Origin: an uncultured archaeon
GTDB lineage: Archaea > Asgardarchaeota > Heimdallarchaeia > Heimdallarchaeales > Heimdallarchaeaceae
Direction of reading: 5' to 3'
NCBI GenBank assembly: GCA_964534625.1
Contig: CAZHRF010000001.1
Coordinates: 172,039-209,756 of the forward strand
DNA length: 37,718 nt
The notes under the pieces were generated by a model. It saw only the letters and a list, made by a program, of their open reading frames with translations. It ran no database searches and was not told where the DNA came from. This document shows, in pieces, positions 16,420-25,296 of the stretch (positions are counted from its first letter, which is position 1; each line of letters begins with the position of its first letter). The position numbers and the translations under genes were made by a program.

Positions 16420-17370
16420 TCAAAAATCAAATTCTATTACTTTGTTGTTTTTTATACTTTCCATAGCTCCAAAAGCAATTTTTAGTGCTTTGTATCCATC
16501 TTCAGTAGAAGCTAGTCTCTGTTTTCCATCTAAACATCCATTGACAAAAGCTTTAAGTTCTGCTAGGAGCGGTTCTTTCCACTCAAGTTTTCGTTTTTTC
16601 ACAAACTCCTGATCTTCTATGATATACTCTTGTGACATAAAATCCGCATCTACAATGCCATGCTCACAAGTGATGCCAAGTTTTCGGAATTTGTGTGGGG
16701 TTAAATAATTACTTTCTATGAACCCTGTGACACCATCTCCAAAGTCAAGTAGTATCTCAGAGTAATCGTAATAAGTATGTCTGAGTTTACCCCCACGGGC
16801 ATATACCGAGATAGGGTCTTGTTCTGTAATAAAACGAAAACCATCAATATCATGAATACTAACATCCCGAATTACATCGACATCTTCAAGACGACTTGGC
16901 CAAAAAGGTCCTAAGCGTCGAGCATTAATGAGAACAACATTTCCCAATTCATTATTTTCAACAAGTTGTTGAGAACGTTGACTAATTGGGTTAAATCGTT
17001 CAATAAAACCAATTGAAATAAGAAGATTCGTAGACTTCTCTAAATCTATAACTTTTTCTGCTTCTTCTAATGTACTAGTCATGGGTTTTTCAATCAGAAC
17101 ATGTTTTCCTTGTTCCATTGCTTTTAGGGTAATCTCTGCGTGAAATGTTGTGGGTGTGGCGATAGTCACAGCATCAAGTTCTTCTTCTGAAAGAAGTTTT
17201 TCTAAAGAATTGAACGGCTTTGCATTGTACATTTTTGAAATTTCTTTAGCTCTGGATTCAGAAGTATCATAAATTCCCATTAAATTTGTGTTGGGAAGCT
17301 CACTAAAGACTCTTGCATGATTCTTTCCCCAACTTCCTGTACCTATCACAGCAATATTTAGTTTTTTCAT
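16420..17370 (-). CDS. Gfo/Idh/MocA oxidoreductase (UDP-GlcNAc 3-dehydrogenase-like)
   Basis: VIGTGSWG.NHAR, IATPT..H, GKHVLIEKP, GFIERFNP, D..IHDID. Confidence 0.88.
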   Translation of the reverse strand: MKKLNIAVIGTGSWGKNHARVFSELPNTNLMGIYDTSESRAKEISKMYNAKPFNSLEKLLSEEELDAVTIATPTTFHAEITLKAMEQGKHVLIEKPMTSTLEEAEKVIDLEKSTNLLISIGFIERFNPISQRSQQLVENNELGNVVLINARRLGPFWPSRLEDVDVIRDVSIHDIDGFRFITEQDPISVYARGGKLRHTYYDYSEILLDFGDGVTGFIESNYLTPHKFRKLGITCEHGIVDADFMSQEYIIEDQEFVKKRKLEWKEPLLAELKAFVNGCLDGKQRLASTEDGYKALKIAFGAMESIKNNKVIEFDF

Positions 17371-17659
17371 AGTATCACATCAAAATTTACTGATTTTGAG
17401 TAAAAAAGAGTATATTTAAATTTTCTGTTATACATAGAAGATTGAAAACTCTACAGATTTTATTGAATCTGTAAGTATTACCCTATCTATTTTGATAGGC
17501 GTTGTTGAAAGATAAGGTTCCTAATTTGGCGTTTGTCAAAAATTTAATGAATATAAATTAGAAACGAGTACATCTTTTTTATTCTGAAGACTGGTTGTAA
17601 TCATAATATTTAAATTAAAGAGACATAGAATTCAATTACCAATAAAAATTTTTTGTAAT

Positions 17660-17742
17660 GCCAGGATACTCAAGCGGTATGAGGCGTGCCTGGAAAGCAC
17701 GTGCCTTACGGTTCGAGGGTTCAAGTCCCTCTCCTGGCTCCA
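17660..17742 (+). tRNA. tRNA-Ser(GGA)
   Basis: Acceptor GCCAGGA/TCCTGGC, D arm CTC/GAG, anticodon arm CGTGC-CTGGAAA-GCACG, variable arm, T arm GAGGG-TTCAAGT-CCCTC, then T-CCA; tRNA-Ser before rps13 is known archaeal synteny. Confidence 0.96.
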
Positions 17743-17864
17743 CCTTATATTTTCTGGACTAAACAGATGTTTTTTATAAATATCTCCTTCTCTCTTAAGA
17801 AAATCTTTAAAAAAATAGATTTTTCTCCTTGTTCTTAGACAGCTATTTGTCTATAAAATAAAAA

Positions 17865-17945
17865 ATGGCGGAGCTCAAGTAAGAATTCAACTATTATTGA
17901 TTTCTTTGCTTGTAGCATTACGGTGTTAGGGCCGTAATATTGCAT
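17865..17945 (+). ncRNA. candidate structured 5' leader of the rps13 operon
   Basis: Long hairpin GCTCAAGTAAGAATTCAA/TTGATTTCTTTGCTTGTAGC (17873-17916) abutting hairpin ATTACGGT/GCCGTAAT (17917-17938); possible closing stem 17865-71/17940-45. Confidence 0.5.
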
Positions 17946-17966
17946 AAATAAAATGAAAGTGATAAA

Positions 17967-18428
17967 ATGAGTTATAAAAGTAAAGGATTTCGTCATTTAA
18001 TTCGTGTTCGCGGGACTGATCTTGAAGGTGAATTACCTGTCAAACTAGGTATTTCCAAAGTCACAGGAGTTAACATTAGATTGGCCCAGGCAATTATTCG
18101 CGTTTTAGATATCTCTCCTGATACTAGGATAGGTACTTTAACCGATACTCGTATTAAAGAAATTGAAAATGCTATTAATAATCCACAGGATTATAATATT
18201 CCTGTGTGGCTTTATAATCGACGTAAAGATCGTGCAACAGGTGAAGATGTGCATTTATCTGAAAATGACTTGATTCTTCAACAACGTAGAGATATAGAAC
18301 GTTATATTAAAATCCGTTGTAGGCGAGGTATTCGTCATCAGTTAAGACTTAAAGTGAGAGGACAAAAGACTCGTACTCATACTGCAAAGAAAGGTGGCAC
18401 CATAGGTGTGTCAAAGAAGAAAAGGTGA
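17967..18428 (+). CDS. rps13: 30S ribosomal protein uS13
   Basis: FRH..R..GTDL.G...IP.WL.NRRKD..TG.D.HL...RGIRH...LKVRGQ.TR...T.GVSKK. Confidence 0.97.
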   Translation: MSYKSKGFRHLIRVRGTDLEGELPVKLGISKVTGVNIRLAQAIIRVLDISPDTRIGTLTDTRIKEIENAINNPQDYNIPVWLYNRRKDRATGEDVHLSENDLILQQRRDIERYIKIRCRRGIRHQLRLKVRGQKTRTHTAKKGGTIGVSKKKR

Positions 18429-18433
18429 TATAA

Positions 18434-19051
18434 ATGGGTGGAATTCGACGTCATAGAAAGAAAGTTATAAGTTCGGGTCATCCTTATGATAAGGATAGAC
18501 TTGAAAGAGAGCTTCCTCTTATTGGTGAGTATGGTTTACGTAATAAAAAGGAATTAAAAAAAGCTCGTACTCTTTTATCTAGGTCTAGGCAACAAGCGAG
18601 AGCATTACTGGCATTAACAACTAGTATAAGAGAAGACCAAGAAAAAGCGCTCATTAGTAGTCTAAAAAGATACGGAATATTACCAGAAAGTAGTGATCTA
18701 GATTCAATTCTAGGATTAGATGTTCAAGCTATTTTAGAAAGAAGGTTACAAACGTTGGTTCTAAGAAAAGGATTAGCAGCATCAATATATCAAGCAAGGC
18801 AATTTGTTACTCATAGACATATTGCTATTGATGGACAAGTAGTAACTTCTCCAAGTCAAATGATTACTCGTAATGAGGAAAATTTAATATCATATAGCCC
18901 TCGTTCACCATTAGTAAAAGAAACCCATCCTGCACGTCCAAGTGCGCCTCCAACAGTACCTCAAGAGGAAGAAGAAAAAAGCAAAGGTCGTTCAAGAGGA
19001 AAAAATGAAAAAAGATCTAGAGGCAGAGGACGCCCAAAGTCCAATAAATAA
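18434..19051 (+). CDS. rps4: 30S ribosomal protein uS4 with RG-rich C-terminal tail
   Basis: E..L.GEYGLRNKKE...LERRLQT.V..KGLA.S..QARQF..H.HI...SP. Confidence 0.96.
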   Translation: MGGIRRHRKKVISSGHPYDKDRLERELPLIGEYGLRNKKELKKARTLLSRSRQQARALLALTTSIREDQEKALISSLKRYGILPESSDLDSILGLDVQAILERRLQTLVLRKGLAASIYQARQFVTHRHIAIDGQVVTSPSQMITRNEENLISYSPRSPLVKETHPARPSAPPTVPQEEEEKSKGRSRGKNEKRSRGRGRPKSNK

Positions 19052-19061
19052 AGTGATTTAA

Positions 19062-19460
19062 ATGAACAAGAGATCAGAAAAAAAATATGGTATTGCTCAT
19101 ATTTATTCTAGTTATAATGATACTATAGTCCATCTTACAGATATTTCAGGTGCTGAAACATTTAGTAGAAAAAGTGGTGGAATGTTTGTTAAAGCAGACA
19201 GAAATGAATCAAGTCCTTATGCAGCTATGAAGGCAGCAAATGCAGCAGCAAATGAAGCGAAAGCAAAAGGAATTGAAATTCTTTATGTGAGATATAGAGC
19301 ACCGGGTGGTCATAAAAGTAGAACACCTGGACCGGGCATTCAAGCTGCACTGAGAGCATTGAAAAGAGCAGGTATGAGAATAATAAGATTAGAAGATGTA
19401 ACACCACTACCACATGATGGTTGTAGAAGAAAAGGCGGTCGTCGTGGACGCCGTATGTGA
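19062..19460 (+). CDS. rps11: 30S ribosomal protein uS11
   Basis: [20 protein letters not shown]...SSPYAAM...PGPG.QAALRAL.RAG...[18 protein letters not shown]. Confidence 0.97.
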   Translation: MNKRSEKKYGIAHIYSSYNDTIVHLTDISGAETFSRKSGGMFVKADRNESSPYAAMKAANAAANEAKAKGIEILYVRYRAPGGHKSRTPGPGIQAALRALKRAGMRIIRLEDVTPLPHDGCRRKGGRRGRRM

Positions 19461-19710
19461 TGTCGTCTCCATAATTCTTTTTTTTATCAACTGTAAAGTT
19501 TAACTTCGCGCACTTTCAGCTTTAGCTATACTAGCCTTAGATATGTTGTTATTCTCAGCGAGAGGAAATTTAAGATTCGGGTTTTTTGTCATAATTGATT
19601 TTATTTCTTAATTTGAAGATAAAACAATCTGTTATACATTTCCATTAATCACGAAATCAGTTTCAAGTAGGTCTCCCAATGGTTTATTAGTGTTATATGT
19701 TTATTATAAT

Positions 19711-20520
19711 ATGATGAATATCAATGTTGATACATTATTAGAAAACATAAAACAACTATGTGATCCTGTTGTAAATCATTCCCCTAGCTTTGGTGTAGAA
19801 TTTGGCTCACATTCTCTAGATCACTTAAAGCGAAAAAAAGTGTCTGGAGTGGCAGTTTCTTCTTTCATAAATCTCCATTTGTTTCACTTCATGAAAGAAA
19901 ATGGATTAAATATAGCTTTGTCTCTTGCACCTCTCCCTATATTTGAAAAAAAAGAAAAATTCATGGAGGGGGATTTTGAACTGATTAAAGCACTTGCCCA
20001 AGAAAATTATTGGACAGTAAGATTGCCTTCAATATGGGTATTCTCTAAAAACGGTTCATCATCTTATTTTCTTCAGACTCTGGGAATAAATAAGGTGAAA
20101 AAGGAGGTAATAACGATAGAACAAAATAGAGAATTGTTGGTAATAGACCTACCAAATGTGGTTTGGAGTGAATTTATAATGTCTTTAGGACATCTAAGTA
20201 CAAACTTTCTTAATATAGAAAGTTATGCATATGATTCAGTAAGGATGGTGTTAGCTGATAAAATATTGACAAAAACAGACATTGTAAAAATAAAAAGAGA
20301 GAACATAAATTCAATGATATCCTTCAAGGTAGATTCAAGAAATTTTCAAAACTATGTATCTCAAAAACTTAATGTCCTGTTTATAGATTATTGGGAATAT
20401 TGCAATATTGCATTAAGAAAATTTTCTCAAATGTTACAACTTGAAGCAGAGGTAAAAACAGTTTATTATAATCAACCAGTTCAAGCTTGGTCAACAAATG
20501 CTGTACGAGATGAAATCTAG
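19711..20520 (+). CDS. divergent NIF3/YbgI (DUF34)-like protein lacking metal-binding His
   Basis: N-terminal G.E.G...V..VAV...F..ENG.N....P..F pattern follows NIF3, but the HHP and C-terminal H..xE motifs are replaced. Confidence 0.5.
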   Translation: MMNINVDTLLENIKQLCDPVVNHSPSFGVEFGSHSLDHLKRKKVSGVAVSSFINLHLFHFMKENGLNIALSLAPLPIFEKKEKFMEGDFELIKALAQENYWTVRLPSIWVFSKNGSSSYFLQTLGINKVKKEVITIEQNRELLVIDLPNVVWSEFIMSLGHLSTNFLNIESYAYDSVRMVLADKILTKTDIVKIKRENINSMISFKVDSRNFQNYVSQKLNVLFIDYWEYCNIALRKFSQMLQLEAEVKTVYYNQPVQAWSTNAVRDEI

Positions 20521-20536
20521 ATCTGTAAATCAATAA

Positions 20537-21874
20537 GTGATAAGAGTGGAAAAAATTATTTCAGCAATTATAATGGCATTAGAAGAAATAGAAAATGGAA
20601 AATCTATTAGATATGGCTTAAGAAATGCAATTGGTAGTTATTCTTGTCCTAAGAAAACCGAAACGGAAATCTATCAAACTGTGTTTGATATCTATCGCAG
20701 ATTGAATACAATAGATCTCTACATTAAAAAGGGGACGCAGGATATCTCCTTTAAAAAATTAGAAACACACAAAAAAGCTAGAATCCGCTTATTGACTTAT
20801 TGGTTAAAGTTCAAACAATATTCTATTCAAAAAATTACGAAGAAAATACAGAATGACTTTTATTCAGAAAAAGACTTTTTATTGAAAGCCATAGGAAATA
20901 TTTTTGAGATATCAGAAAAAATATTGTATGATCATTGTCGAGATACTGAGACAAAAATTTCGGTTGATTTAGCAATCCCTACATGGATTGTTAGAAAATT
21001 TATCTCTCAATGGGGTGCTACTTTTACAAAAAACTTACTTCAGTCATTTAATCAACGCTTGCCTATATATGTGCGAATCAATACATTATTGAGCTCACAA
21101 AAAGAAATACTGGATGGTTTTTTACTGAATAATACTGAATATTTGGTTGATGAGCAGATAAATAATTTAATAAAAATTACTAATAGTCCAAAACCACTTC
21201 CTCTTTATAGGGAGTTTGAAGAAGGAAAAATAATACTGCAACAAAAATCTTCTGTATTAGCAACAGAAATTTTGAATCCTCATTCAAATGAAAAAATCAT
21301 TGATATGTGTGCTTCGCCTGGAGGTAAAACTTCACATATCGCATCAATGATGGAAAAAAGAGGAGAACTAATTGCAGTTGATATCGACCAAGAACGAATG
21401 ATGTTATTAAAAGACCGTTTAAAACACTTGGGGGTAGATTATGTGAAGTGTATTAAAGCCGATTCTAGATGCCTATATGACCTATATGGTGAGTATTTTG
21501 ATAAAGTGGCACTAGATCCCCCTTGTACTGGGTCTGGGACATTTGCATCACGTCCTGAATTGAAATGGCGCATAAAAAAAAGGGATCTAATGTGGTACTC
21601 AAATTTACAAAAAGAACTGTTAGAAGAAGCAGGACGAATAGTTAAGTCTGGAGGATATATAGTTTATTCTACATGTTCATTGTTTAAAGATGAGAATCAA
21701 GCGGTTATAACTGCATTTTTAGATAAAAATAAAGGATTTGAAGTGATAGATGCAGTTCCTATTATTGGTAAACCAGTAGATATTAATGGACGAAAATGTC
21801 AATATTTGTTTCCTCATAGTGATAAAACGGAAGGGTTCTTTATCGCAAAGTTAAAGAGATGTGAGAATCAATAA
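20537..21874 (+). CDS. RsmB/NOP2/Sun family RNA m5C methyltransferase (Fmu-like, helical N-domain)
   Basis: RINTL, DMCASPGGKT.H, LDPPCTGSG, YSTCS...EN, PH...TEGFFIAKL. Confidence 0.93.
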   Translation: MIRVEKIISAIIMALEEIENGKSIRYGLRNAIGSYSCPKKTETEIYQTVFDIYRRLNTIDLYIKKGTQDISFKKLETHKKARIRLLTYWLKFKQYSIQKITKKIQNDFYSEKDFLLKAIGNIFEISEKILYDHCRDTETKISVDLAIPTWIVRKFISQWGATFTKNLLQSFNQRLPIYVRINTLLSSQKEILDGFLLNNTEYLVDEQINNLIKITNSPKPLPLYREFEEGKIILQQKSSVLATEILNPHSNEKIIDMCASPGGKTSHIASMMEKRGELIAVDIDQERMMLLKDRLKHLGVDYVKCIKADSRCLYDLYGEYFDKVALDPPCTGSGTFASRPELKWRIKKRDLMWYSNLQKELLEEAGRIVKSGGYIVYSTCSLFKDENQAVITAFLDKNKGFEVIDAVPIIGKPVDINGRKCQYLFPHSDKTEGFFIAKLKRCENQ

Positions 21875-22449
21875 AGTAAATCCAGCAATGCATTGATTTC
21901 ATTGATTAAAATCTTCTTAAGCTCATCACGAGGAATATTAATCTCTCCTTTTAGTTCCACTATACTCTGGTCTAAAAACATTTTTAGTGCTAAGGATTTT
22001 ATTAGGTTTTTATTATCCAATTTTGATTTTATGATTTGTTTATCTTTTTCTATTCTTAAACTAGTAATTGTATCTTTTGGAACTATTTTTTTTCTTACAA
22101 TTTCACCTGTAATTATCTCTCTTTTTTCTGTTTCTGTGCTTTCTGTCTCTATCAGAACTGATTTTATTTGTTGAGGGAAAATCTTTTCAAAAAACTCATT
22201 TGTTTCATCTGGTTCAATATTAATAATTTGATACTTATTACCTCTGCGAGTATTAATATTTGTAGCAGCCCTACCAGCTGAGTAAGAGAGAGTATTGCTA
22301 ATACCTGGTTTTCTGTATATGTAAATAATTTTATTTTTAGCATCAACAACTAAAAATGCGCACAAATCTTTTTGGAGATTTTGAACTTTTAAGGGGATTT
22401 CATAATAGCTGCCATCTTTTTTAACTTCAAATAATCTCTTGTGACTCAT
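21868..22449 (-). CDS. single gelsolin-like domain protein with C-terminal extension
   Basis: AFLVVDAKNKIIYIYRKPGIS...SAGRAA..I...IINIEPDETNEFF resembles the gelsolin repeat F.lD....iyvW.G..s....a...a..i......v.eg.E...F. Confidence 0.6.
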   Translation of the reverse strand: MSHKRLFEVKKDGSYYEIPLKVQNLQKDLCAFLVVDAKNKIIYIYRKPGISNTLSYSAGRAATNINTRRGNKYQIINIEPDETNEFFEKIFPQQIKSVLIETESTETEKREIITGEIVRKKIVPKDTITSLRIEKDKQIIKSKLDNKNLIKSLALKMFLDQSIVELKGEINIPRDELKKILINEINALLDLLY

Positions 22450-22488
22450 AGTACTAACTATATTGCTTTTTTTATAAAAACGTATAGT

Positions 22489-23211
22489 CTAAGGTGTCCT
22501 ATAAATTGTTTTATCTTTAAGTTCTTTTGTATTAAAAGCTCTTTTTCTTCTTAGACAACTTTCGCACCTTCCACAGTGTATGGGTTTATTATCTTTTGTC
22601 CATCCTTGTACACTATAACAAGAAGATGAGAACTCATATGGTACATTTTTATTATGTAAGAATAATACCATATCTAACTTTGATTGATTGACAAATGGAG
22701 CAAGAATTTTTACATCATTTAAACATCCTAATGTTATGGCTTTGTTCATTCTTGTAATAAATTTTTGTGTATTGTCTGGAAATGTTTGTCCTTCTTCTTT
22801 ATTAGCTCCAAAAATAATATCTATTGGTTCTGAAAATGAATCAGCAAAAGAAGCAGCAATAGATAAGAACAGTATATTTCTGCCTGGAATCCAAACTTGA
22901 CGTGCACTTTTAGTTGTTAAATCTTTGTTGTCTAGTTCATTAAAATTTGAAAAAACAGGTGGAATATCCCCATTTTCTATGAGTGTGGTTTCTGTCGATT
23001 GAGAAAACTCTTTTAAAAATGGGATTGATATAATTTTTGATTCCAATGATAATAATTTTTGGAACTTTTTATTTGTTTTTTCTATAACTTGGTCCTCTTT
23101 GCTGCCATACAAAAAACTCAGCAATATAATGGCATCATACTTATCCTTTGCCCAATAAAGACAAGAAGTAGAATCAAGTCCACCAGAAAATAGTATTATA
23201 GCTCTTTTCAT
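22489..23211 (-). CDS. queC: 7-cyano-7-deazaguanine synthase QueC
   Basis: SGGLDS, W.PGRN..FLS.A, FPD, SCY...HCGRCESC..R..AF. Confidence 0.95.
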   Translation of the reverse strand: MKRAIILFSGGLDSTSCLYWAKDKYDAIILLSFLYGSKEDQVIEKTNKKFQKLLSLESKIISIPFLKEFSQSTETTLIENGDIPPVFSNFNELDNKDLTTKSARQVWIPGRNILFLSIAASFADSFSEPIDIIFGANKEEGQTFPDNTQKFITRMNKAITLGCLNDVKILAPFVNQSKLDMVLFLHNKNVPYEFSSSCYSVQGWTKDNKPIHCGRCESCLRRKRAFNTKELKDKTIYRTP

Positions 23212-23228
23212 AGTTATATCTCCAATCT

Positions 23229-23681
23229 TTAATCGCTGAATATTGCAAAACTAGTGGGGGTTTCGGACATTTCAAGTTGTACTTTGAATGTTGGATATTC
23301 TTTTTTTATAAGAGCATGAATGTGTTGGGAAAGTAATTCGACTGTCGTTGTCTGTAAAGGTAACAATTTTACGTCCTCCTTTGGAAAACGATAGTACTTA
23401 CCCTCACATGTTTTTACCTTTACTTCCTTATCCCCTTCTTCAATGATAAAATCTTCATTGTATTGAGGAATTAAGAGTTTGTGATCGAATTGCTTGAGCA
23501 TTATACCAATTTTTTCTTTGAACTCACTAAAATCAACAATCATATGTTTTTCATTCAAGTCTCCTTCTATCTCAATTACTATATTATAATTATGGCCGTG
23601 TAACCGAGAACACTTATCATGTCTTGATAACATATGGGCAGCTGAAATAGTTAATTTATCTCCAGTAATTTTAAGTTTCAT
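23229..23681 (-). CDS. queD: 6-carboxy-5,6,7,8-tetrahydropterin synthase QueD
   Basis: SAAH.L..H.KC.RLHGHNY, DF..K...DH, T.E, SETPTS.A; start refined to 23681. Confidence 0.93.
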   Translation of the reverse strand: MKLKITGDKLTISAAHMLSRHDKCSRLHGHNYNIVIEIEGDLNEKHMIVDFSEFKEKIGIMLKQFDHKLLIPQYNEDFIIEEGDKEVKVKTCEGKYYRFPKEDVKLLPLQTTTVELLSQHIHALIKKEYPTFKVQLEMSETPTSFAIFSD

Positions 23682-23691
23682 AATGATCATC

Positions 23692-24309
23692 CTAAATTGG
23701 GCGGGTCTTCCTAATATCTTGTTTAATATTATATATTTCCTCAATATACTTTTTAACAATTTTCAGTATAAATTTCATTAAATTATCTTCTTTCATTCCT
23801 ATATTTAATAGTGAGGTAGTCTGTACATGGTTTGGTGTTCCAGAATTGTTGATGTTAATACCCAAATGGATTTTGCAGTTTGTTTTCCCTATGCTTGCTA
23901 TACCAACATTTAATTTTCTGTCATGAATATAAATATCTGTTCCTTCTCTTTTTATTTCGACATTATAATTATTTAATTCTTCGATAACAATAAAAACTAG
24001 CAGTCTGAGTCTATAATAGGCGATTTCTATATTTGGTGGTTGTACATCAAACTCTTCAATAATAATATTTAATGCGTCATCCGAACTAATTAGAATCTTT
24101 GCTAGGTGAGACTCACGAATAATATCTTTTAAGTCAACCATTTCTGTCTTTGAAAGTTTCATTGGACCACGAAAGATATATACACTATCTCCAATGATTT
24201 TTAGTTTTTCTGCTAGATAATGGGATGAAAATTGAGACCCGTCATATATAGTCGGCTTGTTAAAATCAGCCCAAACAATTTTATAACCTAAATAATCTTC
24301 AATTTTCAT
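23692..24309 (-). CDS. DUF366 family protein (BPL/LplA-like fold)
   Basis: YDGSQ...GDS...FRGP...MVD..D...I.SDD....IIE.FD...REG.D.Y....KL.V.IA......IHLGINI...G.P. Confidence 0.85.
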   Translation of the reverse strand: MKIEDYLGYKIVWADFNKPTIYDGSQFSSHYLAEKLKIIGDSVYIFRGPMKLSKTEMVDLKDIIRESHLAKILISSDDALNIIIEEFDVQPPNIEIAYYRLRLLVFIVIEELNNYNVEIKREGTDIYIHDRKLNVGIASIGKTNCKIHLGININNSGTPNHVQTTSLLNIGMKEDNLMKFILKIVKKYIEEIYNIKQDIRKTRPI

Positions 24310-24313
24310 CTTA

Positions 24314-25273
24314 TCACCTCTTTTCAAATCCATTTAATTGATCTTTTAATCTTGAAATTGTGGTTCTAACTTCCGCTACTGCATTATGTTGATGAATACT
24401 TTCATAATTTACTTGTTTTACATATACAATAGTTTCGTCTGGAAGATGAGGAAATTCCTCAACAACTTTTTTTAAGATTGTTCTCACTACATCTTCAACA
24501 AAAGCTGGATGTTTATGAGAATAAAGAACAACAGCTTGTTCATCTTTTCTTTTTAAAACCTCATGTAAAGGGGAACTCATTGCATTTTCAAGTAATCTAA
24601 TTATATCTTCTAGTTCTATTCGTTTTGTTTCTATTGGCGTTTCGAGAGTTAATACGGCGGTTGAGCGTTGGTTATGTGCTGCTAAGGGCAGTACATTTAA
24701 TATTTTTTCAATTTCTCCTTGTTCATAACCTAATTCACATAGTTTCCTTTTTCCATAGTCCCTAGATAACTCTTGAGAGCAAGGACAAACAGTAGTTCCT
24801 TGAACTTCTGCGCCAATTATCTTTGATGAAATGATTTTTTTTCCTTTTTTTTCAGCATTCGCACCCGCTAATATCTTATAAACACTAGTTTTGTTTTTCT
24901 CAATAGCATTTGAATAAGTTTCTAGTTCATAAGGTGCAGTTAAATGTACTTCAGAATGAGTAGCACCGGGTTGTACAGCTAAAACCTTTTCAGCTATATT
25001 GGCACAGAGTTCCTCACTATCACTTGTCAAAATTTTTTCAGAAATAAGCTTGGCTGTCATATGGTTGATGGCTTCAATGTTTCTTGACATGTGAATGCCT
25101 CTCTGATCGGGCATCAGATCAACATAGACATCAATTAGGGAAGATAATTCGTTGTACTGTCCCTCTCTCTTTCTTCGTATAATTTTTGGTATATTGCTTA
25201 CACCAACTCGCTTGATACCAAATTTAATTTTTGAGTCAGATGCTTGAACATCGGGTAAATCTTTATTTTTCAT
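24314..25273 (-). CDS. mptA: GTP cyclohydrolase MptA/FolE2
   Basis: LPDVQA, RVGV, RGIHMSR, T.CPC, HNQR, LKR.DE, FVED.VR, ESIH.HNA.A. Confidence 0.93.
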   Translation of the reverse strand: MKNKDLPDVQASDSKIKFGIKRVGVSNIPKIIRRKREGQYNELSSLIDVYVDLMPDQRGIHMSRNIEAINHMTAKLISEKILTSDSEELCANIAEKVLAVQPGATHSEVHLTAPYELETYSNAIEKNKTSVYKILAGANAEKKGKKIISSKIIGAEVQGTTVCPCSQELSRDYGKRKLCELGYEQGEIEKILNVLPLAAHNQRSTAVLTLETPIETKRIELEDIIRLLENAMSSPLHEVLKRKDEQAVVLYSHKHPAFVEDVVRTILKKVVEEFPHLPDETIVYVKQVNYESIHQHNAVAEVRTTISRLKDQLNGFEKR

Positions 25274-25296
25274 TTAATGTTAAACTCCTATCATGG

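Noticed and set aside
19500-19592. 30-aa minus-strand ORF MTKNPNLKFPLAENNN...
   Set aside because: No SD and no recognisable motif; length compatible with chance
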